Part shown: one piece after another, positions 26,439 to 39,027 of the stretch | Layout of the letters: the number at the start of each line of letters is the position of its first letter | Position numbering within the stretch: position 1 is the first letter of the stretch | NCBI GenBank assembly: GCA_023213395.1 | Contig: CM041465.1 | Span: forward strand, 199,337,741-199,401,740 | Length of the DNA stretch: 64,000 nucleotides | Reading direction: 5' to 3' | From: Cycas panzhihuaensis | Taxonomy: Eukaryota > Plantae > Cycadophyta | Program-made: the position numbers and the translations under genes | Notes under the pieces: model-generated | Database searches by the model: none | What the model was told of the DNA's origin: nothing | What the model saw: the letters and a program-made list of their open reading frames with translations, nothing else

Positions 26439-27085
26439 AATATAGAAGTTTATCATAGGGCTCATAGAGCCAAGTAATCCTAATGTTAGAGTCTAGTAGT
26501 TATCATCCAATTTAAATATCTACTTATACAATGAACTTAAGTCTATTACTTTACTGCTATTTATCTATCTCTCACACTGTAGCTCTATAAAGAAAAGGTG
26601 ATAACTTTATTAATACTTGGTAGAATCTAAAACAACCTAAATTGTTGCATCTGCCATTAAAAAAAAAAATCTATAGCCTAAAAAATTATGGTTTAAATTC
26701 ATACATCCTATTTTGATCAGCACTTCAAGCTAATTGAGTTATATTAGGTTAATTTATTGGGTATCATGGTACCTGAATTGCTAGTGGGCCCTGTTGTCAA
26801 AAATTCAGTACTAAAACTTATCCACCCTAGTTTGACGACCTCTTTGAGCTCGTTTGAGTGTGTTAAGTTATTTTGTTATGTAAAATTTGGGGTCAATAGG
26901 CTATAGACACCCCACCCCTACCCTAGTTCCCTTCTCTCTTCATGGTAGTAATACATCCTACCTTCCTAGAGCTCCTATTCTTGCTTTCCCTATCCATTTA
27001 TATCCATTTTATCCTCCTTATCTTGCTTTGTACATTCCTTTCTTCTAGTTATTCTTACTTTCTTTAAATCCTTTCTATATTTATC

Positions 27086-28082
27086 ATGGCTCCCCAAAGT
27101 CAAATTGATAAAATTTTGAAACTCAAGAATCATGTCACCAACCTATATTAGGAAGTCAAACAAGAATTAATAACCATGCATGAGAAGATTAAAGAAGAAA
27201 TAACCACCATACATTAGGGCATTAAATCATAAATGTTAACTCTTACATCTAAGTTAGATATGTCTAATATACTAAATCAAATAACACTCATCTCTACTAA
27301 TCTACTAGGCTTATCAACTCTAGTTAGTCCCGCACTATAATAAATGACAACTCTACCTCCACGATAATAACAATCATTTTACCATAAGGTCAACATCCCC
27401 ACATTTGATCTTAACCTCAACAAGGATAGTGCATGGAGCTAGATCAATAAATTAGAGCCTTATTTCACCCTTAACCCAATGCCAGTTAATGATTAACTCA
27501 TATTTGTGTCCATCCATTTAAATTAAAACACACACTATTACTTCTAATGGTAGAAGCAAGAATACCTATTTAGTTAATCTTGGGATCATTTCTCTACCAA
27601 CTTCTTCAAGCAATATGGGGATACCTATAACCAATACTTCCTTACATAGTTAACACAATTAAAATAGGTATCATCTATAGAAGTATACATTAATGGGTTT
27701 TAATCTTTATGCAATTGGGTTGATCAATAACTCGATAAGTAGACTGAGATCAATACTTATGTATTTGGGTTCAAGGAGTATATTCAAATGTACCTTAAAG
27801 ACCATATCTTTATATACTCTAAAGGATATGATCAACATGGCCAAAGTAGTTAAAGTAGAATTTGCCTTAGAAAGGCCTCCTCCGTTTAGACGAGGTTCCA
27901 CTTAGTTTCAAAGATTGTAATAAGCTGACTATCAATGAGATCCCACTTGGTCTCAAATACTATGGTACACTAACTACTATGACCACACCCATGACTAAAA
28001 GACCCTTAATATACACTTGTTAAGCACCATTCAAAGGAACCATTATCACAATCTATTTAGATCACTTTAGTAAAGACATAAC
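27086..28082 (+). pseudogene. Element C gag (inside the inverted block), first part
   Basis: ATG at 27086; KVNIPTFD...AWS*INKLEPYF, matching the gag at ~58140. Confidence 0.75.
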
Positions 28083-30314
28083 TGTTGGAATATTAATGCA
28101 CATTTATAATGTTCCACATGCAAGTGGGTCCCACTCTCTCTATATTGACACGTATTATAAATACACACCATTGTGTATCATATTGTATCATGTTGTAATG
28201 ATGTTTTGTTAATACAATGGAGGTACCTTAAGGTTACCGTTCAATCTAGTGGAGGTGCTTTTGTTCTGTTTATTCTATTTTGTGAATATTTCTTATGAAA
28301 GTGTGATTTCCAACATGGTATCAGAGCAAGGTTCGAAGAATTTCTTCATTTACGGTGACATTTTAAATTTTGATCAGAGTCATAGTCAAAATTGAGAGAT
28401 CGATTGTTGTCAATATTTTCATTTCGTCTCTGTTCCGCCCAAATAAGGTATTTTATTATCCGTTAGTCTGATTTTATTTCTTATTTATTATGTGTTGGAT
28501 GATTCGTAGCTTGTTAATTATTTTGAGCTTCCCATCTAATTTTTGATTTATTTTTGTGATAATATCATCATCCTCCATTCTGTATTGGTTAACTGATTTC
28601 TACCTATTATTGTTTGTAATCCCTCGCCTGCCCTATATTCTGTGATCATATGCCAGTTGACTATTGTATTATCTGCACTTCTCTCTGTTCATTGACCTTC
28701 ACTCTAGTTAAGATACCTCTAGAAATTAAAATACAGCTACAGAATCGATCTTGTGTTCAACATTCGAGTTACTCTCACCCAAAACAATCTCTTTTCTCCA
28801 TAATAATTAATTCTTGAAAGGTTTTATGTTTTGCCATTCCCTTCACCAAAATTTGTTACTATTCTTTTCCTGCCTACATTGCATCCAACTTTAGTTTTAT
28901 TTCAATCAGTTGTCTATTTTCTATTTAATTGAATGCCATTATTCATCCATTGAATTGTGGATTGTACTCTGCACTACTTTTGTTCTAGTCTACACCAATG
29001 TAGTCCATGCTCATTGCACCTGCGTCATCTAGTTTCACCCGTGCTTCATGTTACACATAATTACTTTCAGTTGCCGGGTATATAAAACATCTCGAAATTG
29101 TATCCCTTTACGTTGCAACCGTTGTTCTACATTCGTTCGCAATCATATCCACTTTATTAAGGCATAAATTAATATATAAAAGAGATGTTATTTTGCTATA
29201 ATTTTTGTTAATCAAACCTATAGTTGCATAGTCATTTAATCACCTTCATATACTCTGCCTTTAGCTCAATTTCTCGTATGCATGCAAGTCGCTTTTTTGC
29301 CATAGTCTTGAACAACGTGGATTTGCTCATCGCCATCTACATTTTGTTTGAAATTTATGCTGCTAACATGTGATTAAATTTGCTTCTATTTATTCTTTGA
29401 AGTTGCTCGTATTAAATCAAATTAATAGATTTTCATCATTGTTGAATATTCATTACTATAGTCATTTCATTAATCTCACTGTATTGTTATTGGTGTAATT
29501 CTTCTTTCGAGCCACCTCTCACCCTGTATTTACTTTGCCCTAACTTTGTTGACTCAAAAAATTTATTTTGTTGATGCCCATACTCCTCATTTCATTGTGT
29601 AGCCGTGAAACTTCATCTGCGTGGCTATGTTTTCGTCTGCGTAGCCATAACTCTACATTTGATTAATTGCGTTGATCAAGATTAAACTATTTACTTGAAT
29701 AATCTCACCTTTTGGTTTATATCATTCACTTTTCTGTTTGACATATTCACAATGAACCTTTGATACAATTCAACCATTTTTGATATAATTCAAATCACTA
29801 TATTTATCATTGATTATTGCCGTCGTTTCACTTTTCATTTGGTTAAGTGTAGTGTATCATTAACTTGAGTTGTTACTATAGAATTAAAGATGGAAATCAA
29901 GCTGAGGATATCATCTTACAAAGGCATTAGTATAGAATTGAAGACAAAAATCAAGATAAAGACATCATTTTGCAACAAAGGCATCATTATAAGATTGAAG
30001 ATAAGAATCAAGTTGAAGACATCATTTTCAAGACATTTCCAAGGACAAAGCATTGTAAATACAAATGACCCAAATGTGCATTAAGAGGAAGTGTTGGAAT
30101 ATTAATGCACATTTGTTTTGTGCCACATGCAACTGGGTCCCACTCTCTCTATCTTGACATGTATTATAAATACACAACATTATGTATCATATTGTATCAT
30201 GTTGTAATGATGTTTTGTTAATATAATGGAGGTACCTTAAGGGTATCATTTGATCCTGTGGAGGTGCTTTTGTTCTGTTTGTGAATATCTTATTACAAGT
30301 TCTATTTTCTAATA
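28083..30314 (+). mobile_element. Non-autonomous, non-coding LTR retrotransposon (TRIM/LARD-like, Copia-type signals)
   Basis: ~230-bp LTRs at 28083-28315 and 30092-30314 (tgttgg...ccaaca), perfect PBS tggtatcagagc at 28316-28327 and PPT attaagaggaag. The ~1.77 kb interior has no recognisable retroviral domains. Confidence 0.9.
29878..30035 (+). repeat. ~3 degenerate tandem copies of a 54-57 bp unit upstream of the PPT
   Basis: Unit tatagaattgaagacaaaaatcaagataaagacatcattttgcaacaaaggcat. Confidence 0.8.
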
Positions 30315-30438
30315 CTATGATGCACTAACTACTAATGATCACACCCATGACTAAAAGACCCTTAATATACACCTGTTAAGTACCATTTAAAGGAACCATT
30401 ATCAAAATCTATTCAGATCACTCTAGTAAAGGTACAAC

Positions 30439-31320
30439 ACCATTGATAAGTTAGTCTTTATATGCAATGTTCAAAACTATGGACCATTGGTCATGGTAAA
30501 GCCTATAAAGCTAGGAAGATGGTGTTCATAGTCAACCTTGATTTATCTCAGGAAGATGACTGATGATCATCACCAAGATCACCCTCCTGATAAACTACCC
30601 CTTAATCCTGAACTTGAAGTTTCTTTATTTATTATTATCTCCACCTCATATCTTAAGAGACTATATGTTAAAGGAACACTTCAGAAAACCCCCATGACCA
30701 TTCTAATCGAGAGTGGTACATTATTAAATTTTATTGATATATCCATAGCCAAACAACTTAATATCTATATAGAACCTAATATGGGCTTTACCTATTCTTT
30801 ACCTAGCCACCACACCCTTCTTTGTATAGGGACAATTAAAAATCTCATCATCTACATTGACTCATATACCCTTGTCTTAGACTTTTATGCCTTATCCATA
30901 GGTGTGTCTGATGCAATTCTTAGGGTGTAGTGGCTTTAGATATTAGGAATCTATATCACTAACAACTCATCTACTGCCTCATTTATCACATTTAAAGATC
31001 ATATAGGCTACTCACATAAACTATATAGGATACAATCTCCCCCAAATAAAGTGATCTTACCCACTATAATGTATAAGTATCTCAATGGAAATATGGGGTA
31101 TATTGTCCATCTCAATAATATCCAAGCTTATATAGGTATTCACGATGACATCTAACAAGTACTGGATTAGTATCAATTAGTATTTGCTCCACTACCTACT
31201 CTCCCTCTACTCAATTGAGGCTACTATCACACCATTGAATTACAAAACTCATATGAACCCATCATTCTTTGACCATATTAGGACTCATATTTTTAGAAAA
31301 ATAAAATCAAAAATATCATA
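30439..31320 (+). pseudogene. Element C gag end, aspartic protease and linker (inside the inverted block)
   Basis: MTILIESGTLLNFID (~ILIDSG..HNFID), DAILRV*WL and F*KNKIKNII (~QK.EIE). Confidence 0.85.
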
Positions 31321-31933
31321 TTTGTAGCTCAGCCTAATATCTTAAGACACTACCTATAAAGGAAATACCATCTCTATAAGGTCTATAGTCATACAAAGGT
31401 ATTTATGTAGAGTGACTTTTAGGTGATAACCACTAACTGTGCACCATAGAGGATAAATAACCAAAGGGTTACCTATTCTAAGTAAAGAAGGGGAATCCTA
31501 GAGAGTTGCACTGAAGTACCCAAAGGTACATGGTGGCTCACTTATATATATCTGTTCTATCTAAGGCTTGGTTCAATGGAGTTAACCAAAGCCCTTCATG
31601 TAAGGGAAAAAAAACCACAGTATGCTTAGCTTAGAATGATAGGTCCTTTGTGATGTTTAAAGACCCCTAGAATAGGGTCCCTACCCATGGTGGTAGCTAT
31701 CACACACAGTTATTTACCCAAAAAATAAGGGAGGAGTATGAGAGAAGGGAAAGGATAACTACTAAGAAGTATTGTCTACCCATTTACAAAACTAAAATTA
31801 TCAAAATTGAAATGGAAGAGAGGGGTTATAAGAGTCATCGAGGAGGTGGGAGGTGGGGGAGAGGAGAGGGGGAATCTATTTTTCTTCTTATTGTTAATGC
31901 TCTACAATTATCAATCCTCACTCTAATACCACT

Positions 31934-32264
31934 TGGGATGTTTCTTCATATAGGGGCTCCTCGAAATGGCAAAAAATAGATGATTTGCAACCACTTTATC
32001 CAACCAAAAATGAGCAAGCAGGTTACCAAATAGACTTCAGAGCACAAGAGTATTAATTGATCATCTTCTATAATTTACAACCTTTAAATAGACAAAAGAG
32101 GGTCTTTTCTAAGCAATCCTATTGGTGGCCTAGGTGACCTTACATTTCATTGGACAACTTAGCATTCCAAATACAAAGTTTCATAACTAACATTACCACT
32201 TAATTATATGGTGTCTCTCTATGTATTAATGCTTTACATAACTAGCAAGACTAGTTATATAACA
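31934..32264 (-). repeat. 5' LTR of element C
   Basis: Direct repeat of 23391-23774, adjacent to the PBS. Confidence 0.9.
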
Positions 32265-32269
32265 CAACA

Positions 32270-33249
32270 TAAGGTGAAGAGTACAATAGATGATCATAAG
32301 ACAGAGAAGGGATTTGACTAAAGAGAATTCTAAACTAACTACTACCAATTCCATTAGTATAAAGTGTGTTCTAGGTGTTCATAATTTTTGTTGTTATATT
32401 GTTTTGTTGTTGCATATGTGTGGGGAGAAGGTTTGAGTCTTTAAGTTTTTAGCAGATTCTTTGTCAAGATCATGGTCATGTTGTTGAAAATTTTATTGAC
32501 TTAAAGTCTAGTTTGTTTAGCTTTATGCTCTTAGAAATCATTATATATTAGACTAAGGAATTATTAAAATACAATGTTACTATATTTAAATCCTTTAGAA
32601 ATTAATATAGTAGTATTATTTATATTTTCTCCATTACAATCTCTATCTGATGGTTCATAGGTTAATGGTTCACTCTCATTTTAAAATACTGGATTATAAA
32701 TCAAGTGTTTTGTTTCTAGTATATGTGGATTTTTAACTCCACTCTCTTTTGAATTCAACGTGAAGTTTTATATGAATGTATTCTAGGTTATGTCAGTTAT
32801 ATCATATTAGTTAGTCTTAGGTTCATTGAGTTCTTTCAATCTATAACTTGTTATTTCTTATATTTCCTATGCTAGTATAAACAAAAGCTATGTGATAGTC
32901 TAACTATTATTTTCTATAACAAAGTGATTTATTTATACCTATCTCTTTTATCCATCTTTTATCTCATTTGAATAATTACTTCCTTAGAGATCGATGCATA
33001 TTAGTAAAGCTTAGAGTGGTTGAGATATTAACTCTCGATGCCATTGGAAATACATAATACATAGATTAGGATAACTTCTTCTAAGCTCTCAATTATTCAA
33101 TGAGGTTTATTATTCCCTCTAGTTGGGCTTAATTTACCTAAGAGTTTCTACACTATCCTTATGCTAGTCATTTTAAATATGTAGATCAACGATCACTAAG
33201 TATTATGGATTGAGCATAAAGAATATTACATGAAGTGGTAGGAACATCA
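32270..33249 (+). repeat. 5' LTR of element B, second part
   Basis: From ~32420 colinear with 37095-37958; ends ggaacatca before the PBS. Confidence 0.85.
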
Positions 33250-33269
33250 GTAGTAACCATAGTAGGGAC

Positions 33270-35400
33270 TAATTAGTCTAATAGTAAAATTACATTATAG
33301 CCTATATGGTTAGGAGATCATGTAGTTTTATTAAAGTCATATGAAGCCTACATGTATGTATTATAAATACTTCTTTCTTTCTTTACCTATTTTCAAATAA
33401 ATAGGGATTTTCTTAGAGAATTCACCTAACTCCTTAACACTAAGAATAGAAGAATACATTTGTTAAAAGAATTGGAAGTAGAAGCCCTTTTACTTATATT
33501 GCTAAAAGAAGAGGAACCTCTTGAGAATACAAAGATAGTGGATAATAATAATGGCCTAATTATAATGAAGGGGGAGAGAATCAAAATAGAAGGAGAATGG
33601 TGGAAGATGATCCTCTACCCTAGATGATAAATGATCCTTTAGATCTAGAGAATAATTTGCATGATGTACTAGACAAGGCTTGGGATACCTACCCAAGGTT
33701 TTCTGGCGATGGGTACATAAGTGGTAAGAAGCACCTAGAGTAGTTTTTCTTAATGAGTAAGAAATTCAACATCACTCATGCCAATGTTGTTGTTAGGCAC
33801 TTTGTGCATTTCCTAGAGAGAAGAGTTGCTAACTAATTTTATGGATTACCAAATGGTTTGATTACTGACTTGCCCAACCTTATTGAGGTATTTAAACCTA
33901 AATACTTTACCCAAAAGACCAATACCTCTCTTGTCAAGGAACTATCAATAATAAGAAGAGGGCTTAAAGAGGCCATCTTATCCTTTATGGAAAGATTTAA
34001 GAAGATAGTCAAATCTATAAGCCTTACTTAAAAACCAAATCATGATACCCAATTAGAATGGTTTCTAAATGGACTTGATTATGAGACTATAATAATGGTG
34101 ATATTTAATTGACCAACTAATTTTCAAGAAGCAAGAGCCTTTGCTCTCAAATTGGAGACAGTAATGGAAAGATGGGAAATGACTTGTATTCCTTTCTAAG
34201 CTAATCCTAGGAAAGAAATTCCTATATTAGTTTAACAAATAGAGGAAAGCATTCAAGCCTTAATCAGAGAACTCTTCAATGAGGTACAATTCTAGAAAAA
34301 ATTAGCCAAAGGGAATGAAGAATTAATTAATAATAATTAGGAAATAGAGTTAGATGCTATGACCATGGATGAAGAAGACATGTAATACAAGAGTTTGATA
34401 AATCATGCATGTGACAAGAGTGATGCCTTAATATCAGATCTTTTAAGCCTCTACAACCATTATGGCCTCTCTTAAAGATAATTAAGGGCTATAGCTTCCC
34501 ATAAGACACTTGATGGATATGATTAGATACTAGGAAAATAAAGGAGGTCAATTCAATAATGAATAAAGGGCCACTATTGTTTCTCTTAAAGAAAAAGAAA
34601 ATGTAGCAAAAAGAGGCCTAGATTAGCAAAGACTATAACAAATAGTAAAAATCATTAGCAATTTTTTAAAGGCGATGAGCAAATTTTTCCTTTCTTACAA
34701 GAATGTAAAAAAAATTATAATGTTGGAAATACCTTTGAAGAGATACAAATAGCTAGAAAAGGAGAAATTGAAGATGAAAACCTAACTCAATTAAAAATAA
34801 ATGAAATTCCTAAAGGGATAGTTGATTTAAAATCACTATTAGTCTCTAATAATGCAAGAAAATATGAGCAAGTTCAAAAATAATCTCTAAAAGACTTGAT
34901 GTAAAAATTAGAACCATAAGTCAAACAAGTTAAGATGCTAAAGAGATTGGGTCTCTACAAGTCAATTTTAGAGATGCAAGTAAAGAAACTCTTGCTAATT
35001 AGAGAGACATACAGAAGACAAAGCGTGGAGGTAGGCAATTTGACTTTAGCAAGGAGTTGGTGATCCTAACTCATTTGATTATTTTCCTTATAATTATCTT
35101 AAGAAGGATTTTTACTCTATATTTCCTAATAAAAAGGGTAGGTCATCTTTGTTATTGAGGCTTGACCTAATTATTTTGATTGAAGGATTCTCATATAGGA
35201 AGGCATATTCCCCCTACTTTTTGGTACATGGAAAGGAACCCATCTTGCCCAATCACCTCACCTTTGGTAATCTACAATATGCTTAGTAGAAGATTAGAGA
35301 TCATGTTAACCATGTATTCAAATCAAAGAGCCTACTGAAAAGAGTATTTCCTATCCCTATAAATGGGAAGTATCTTGATCCCTCATTTATTTTAATTCTA
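33270..35400 (+). pseudogene. Internal region of element B: degenerate gag plus PR-RT linker and integrase stubs
   Basis: NNLHDVLDKAWDTYPRFSGDG, VVVRHFVHFL and SFMERFKK (retrotrans_gag-like); QLKINEIPKGIVDLKSL; EGFSYRKAYSPTFLVHGKE; PINGKYL. No RT or RNase H motifs seen. Confidence 0.75.
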
Positions 35401-35530
35401 AATATTTAAATGTTACACATTATTTTATTCTATTGTAATAAGGATGGGTTAGTTCATACGTTATAAATAAAAATAGAATAAAATTTACTTTAAACCACCT
35501 ACTCAGGGTGATTCGAAGTAAGGAGGCTAA

Positions 35531-37958
35531 TATTACCTCTTTATTATGTAACTCTAAAGAATTCTCTATTTATAGGGTAATGATCTAGATTGTAAGAGTA
35601 TAAGAAGAAGTTAAATTTTTCTATATAGCTATGTAATAATAATTTTGGACAATGATTAAGAGAGAAAATAGATGAATGCCATCATTATATCAAGGATTTT
35701 TTGGATTGTTAGTATTATTACCTAAATAGGGAGTCCATGAGATGTTTTAATTGTGAAAGAAAAGGCTTAGAAAGGGAGCCTTTATATGAATTCTCATAAA
35801 CCAACTTTCATACAAAAGGGTTCTCCTATAGAAGGGTTCATTTAGAAGTATTTATTGACAAAGGAAAGTTTTACAAGGAGAAAATCTAATAGGGAAAAGA
35901 ATTTATGAGAGAAAGTAAGTTCCTCACCCATGAAAGGGTTGCAACAAACAAAGGTGAAGTAGTGACTAAGATAATTACTTTGGAGGTCATTTTGCAAGAA
36001 CAACACTAAAATAGAAGGCAAAAGAATAAAAGGAATCCTACATGATGCAGTCCTATGCTAAGGCAATTCACTTAAATATATTAGTACAAGAATAGAATTT
36101 TACAAGTAAAATGGGTGTAAATTTATAAGTTAGTATTATGACATATAATAAAAGAATTTAACTCCTACAAGAAAGAACCCCCATAAAGATGCATTTCTAT
36201 GTTCTAGCACTCAAGTAGAAGAAATTAATTCTAAGCATTTGATTAGATTACTCTAATTAAATCACAGTTGTTGAATCTTAAATTACATCTTAGCAGTCCA
36301 GTTTGATGGTGTGAAGCGAGTTATTTGATCTCTAACACCTATCAAGTCATGTGGCATGCAACAACTGGGATAGTGGATTGAAGCATACTACATGATTAAA
36401 ATAAGGTGTAATAATTATGCTAACGTACTTCCTTCTTTTCTTTTATTACTTTAACACCAAAATGGATTAAACACAGGAGGACATAACTATAAGAGGGTAG
36501 CAATTTTTATAATTTTAAGAAGTAATTAACTATTGATGTTGCCTGGACTAGCCACACCCATAAGCCATTTATTCTTAAATGGTAATATGTCTTATACTCT
36601 GGTATTGAAAAGGACAAAGTAATTAAGAAAAATATTAAGGAGGTTAATGAGATAATGGATCTTCTTATGCTTAATCTCATATCTATTGCTAACTTATTTG
36701 ATCTAAGCATATTAAAGGACTAAGAAGTGATGGGTAAAAAGGTCTTTTATGACCTAATGGAAAGCAAAATAGATTTGGAGTGGAGATAACTAAACTTTGG
36801 TCAAAGGGTTCTACCAATAGGGTGGGAGGATAGAATTTTAGCTTGGAATTCCAATCAAGTGATTCTAAAACACTTGTTAAAAGAAAAAGATCAAAAGTTA
36901 TCACCTTTAGAGGAGCAGATCTGGAGGCTAGAAGGGATGATAGAAATATTCAACTTTCAACTAATTCAAAATTTACATAAGGAGATAATGCCGAAGTGTT
37001 ATAATTAACTCCATTCCTTTAGACTCCTTAAGATTTAAAAAAAAAAAAGTTATTCATTGGAATTTGTTTTATACCTTTTTATGGATTATTATCTATGTTT
37101 AGGGAGAAGGTTCTAGTCTTTATGTTTTTAATAGATTCTTTGGCAAGTTCCTAATCATTCTATTGAATAAGTTATTAACTAGAAGTGTAGTTTGGTCTTT
37201 AATAGTTTGAATTAGAAGATTTTTCTAAAAAGATTTATACTCTTAGACATCATTGTATATCAAACTAAGGAATTACTAAAATGCACTGTTACTATGTTTA
37301 AATCCTTTAGAATTTAATAAAGTGGTATTGTTTAGATTTTTTCTATTTGACCTTTATCTAATAGTTTATAGGTGAATGGTTCACTCTCATCTAAAAATCC
37401 TAGAGAAAAGATCAAATGTTTTGCTTTCAATGTATGCAGATCTTATACTATGCTCTCTTTTAAACTCAACATGAAGTTTTATGTGAATGTATTCTAGGAT
37501 ATGTCAATTGTATTATATAACTTGGTTTTGGTTCATTAGGTTCTTTGAATCTATGAGTAATTCCTTCTTATTTCTCCTATGTTGATGTCAATGAAATCTA
37601 TTTGATAGTCTAGCCATTGTTGTTTAATAAAGCGTTTTATTTACATTAATCTCTATTATCCACCCTTTATATCACCTAGATGATTACTTCTCAAGAGATT
37701 AGTTCCTATTAGCTAAGTCTAGGCTAATGAAGACAATGACTCTTGATGTCACTAGAAATACATAAAAATTTGTTATGACATATTTTTCTAAGCTCTTAAT
37801 TATTTAATAATGTTCACTATTCCCTAGCCTATTTGGTTTACTTTACTAAAGAGTTTCTGTACTTTCCTTTTGTTAGCCATTTCAAACATGTAGATCAATG
37901 GTTATTAGGCATTATGGATTGAGAATAATAAATAGTATAAGAAGTGATAGGAATAACT
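35531..37958 (+). repeat. 3' LTR of element B (lacks ~350 bp relative to the 5' LTR)
   Basis: Follows PPT aaggaggctaa; colinear with the rejoined 5' LTR. Confidence 0.9.
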
Positions 37959-39027
37959 ATTATGGTAATACATTATCTTTTACCATACTTCCTTAAGAAG
38001 ACATCATCTATAATATTGTATTTTCCCTTTTTAGATACTATGTCAAAGTTGTAATCTTAGATTTTACACATCCATCTCTATTGTTCTTTTAATAAGTTGG
38101 GTTATGATAAAAAATACTTAAGGCTTTGGTGATTTGTTTTAATAATAAACTTACTACCAAGTAAGTATTATCATCATTTGGATAGTCCATGGAGAATTAC
38201 TAATGTATCCCTATCATGTGTACTTTTGGCCCTCTCCCATAAATTTAGATTTTGACTTTAATATATAATTGGATAGTTATATCAAAGGAGTATTTCTCTG
38301 ACTCCTATTCTAAAACAATTGCATTCAACTATGTATGATTATAATAAATTTAGCATTATGAGTAGTGGAGTAGCAGTTATTAAAGACTTGAGATTGTTCA
38401 AACTTTAATTGACTATTATGTTCTACTTGAACCTATTATTCTTATACAAATTCATTAGTAGTCTTACCATGATTGTGTATCCTCTTATGAATTTCTAATA
38501 ATATATTGTGAGTCCTAATAACCCTAATACCTTTTAAATGTTCATTAGTATTGGCTAGACAATGATGGCCTACACTTTAGCTAGATCAATTTTTGCACCA
38601 CCCTCTTGTGATATAATATACCTTAACTAATATAATACCATCTTTTTAAAACTATATTTGAACTTTTTAGAAAATAAATTGCTATCCTATAAACTTTTTA
38701 ATGCAACTTTCAAATGTTGGTGGCATTCCTCTGATGACTTGTTATAGACTAAAATGTTATTAAAAATAATCATAATGAATATTATGAGAAATAGTGTAAA
38801 TATCCTATTCATTTTTACTTGGAATGTTACAAGAGAATTTAGAAGCTGAAACAACATTATCTTGAACTCAAATATCCCTTCACATAAGTGAAAAGTAATT
38901 TTCTCTATATCTTATGGGTGAATAGCTATTTGATAATACCTCAAATGCATATCAATTTTAGAGAAGTAAATAGCTCCATAAAACTTGTTGACTTTGTCAT
39001 CTATTTAGGGGATAGGGTACTTGTTTT
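37959..39027 (-). pseudogene. Host chromovirus RT and RNase H
   Basis: KNKYPIPK.DD, degenerate IFNNILVY (~FFDDILVY) and Q*RWMCKI*DYNFDIVSKKGKYNIIDDVFLR. Confidence 0.85.

Larger units (their letters stand above)
23391..32264 (-). mobile_element. Chromovirus-type Ty3/Gypsy element C with an internal inversion, nested in the 5' LTR of B
   Basis: LTRs at 23391-23774 and 31934-32264, perfect 5-bp TSD caaca, PBS tggtattagag (31921-31931, minus strand) and PPT agagggggggact. Confidence 0.9.
21598..37958 (+). mobile_element. Tat/Ogre-like Ty3/Gypsy non-autonomous derivative B (giant LTRs, gag plus pol stubs)
   Basis: 5' LTR 21598-33249 (interrupted) and 3' LTR 35531-37958. TSD gttat/attat, degenerate PBS tagtaaccatagtagggac and PPT aaggaggctaa. 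Confidence 0.85.

Noticed and set aside
29878-30084. Tandem units as a CRISPR array or repeat-protein ORF
   Set aside because: No unique spacers or cas genes, and the context is a eukaryotic LTR element; the 64-aa ORF simply reads through the repeat.
26439-31320. Independent + strand Gypsy insertion
   Set aside because: It has no LTRs or TSD, and both ends rejoin element C when inverted.
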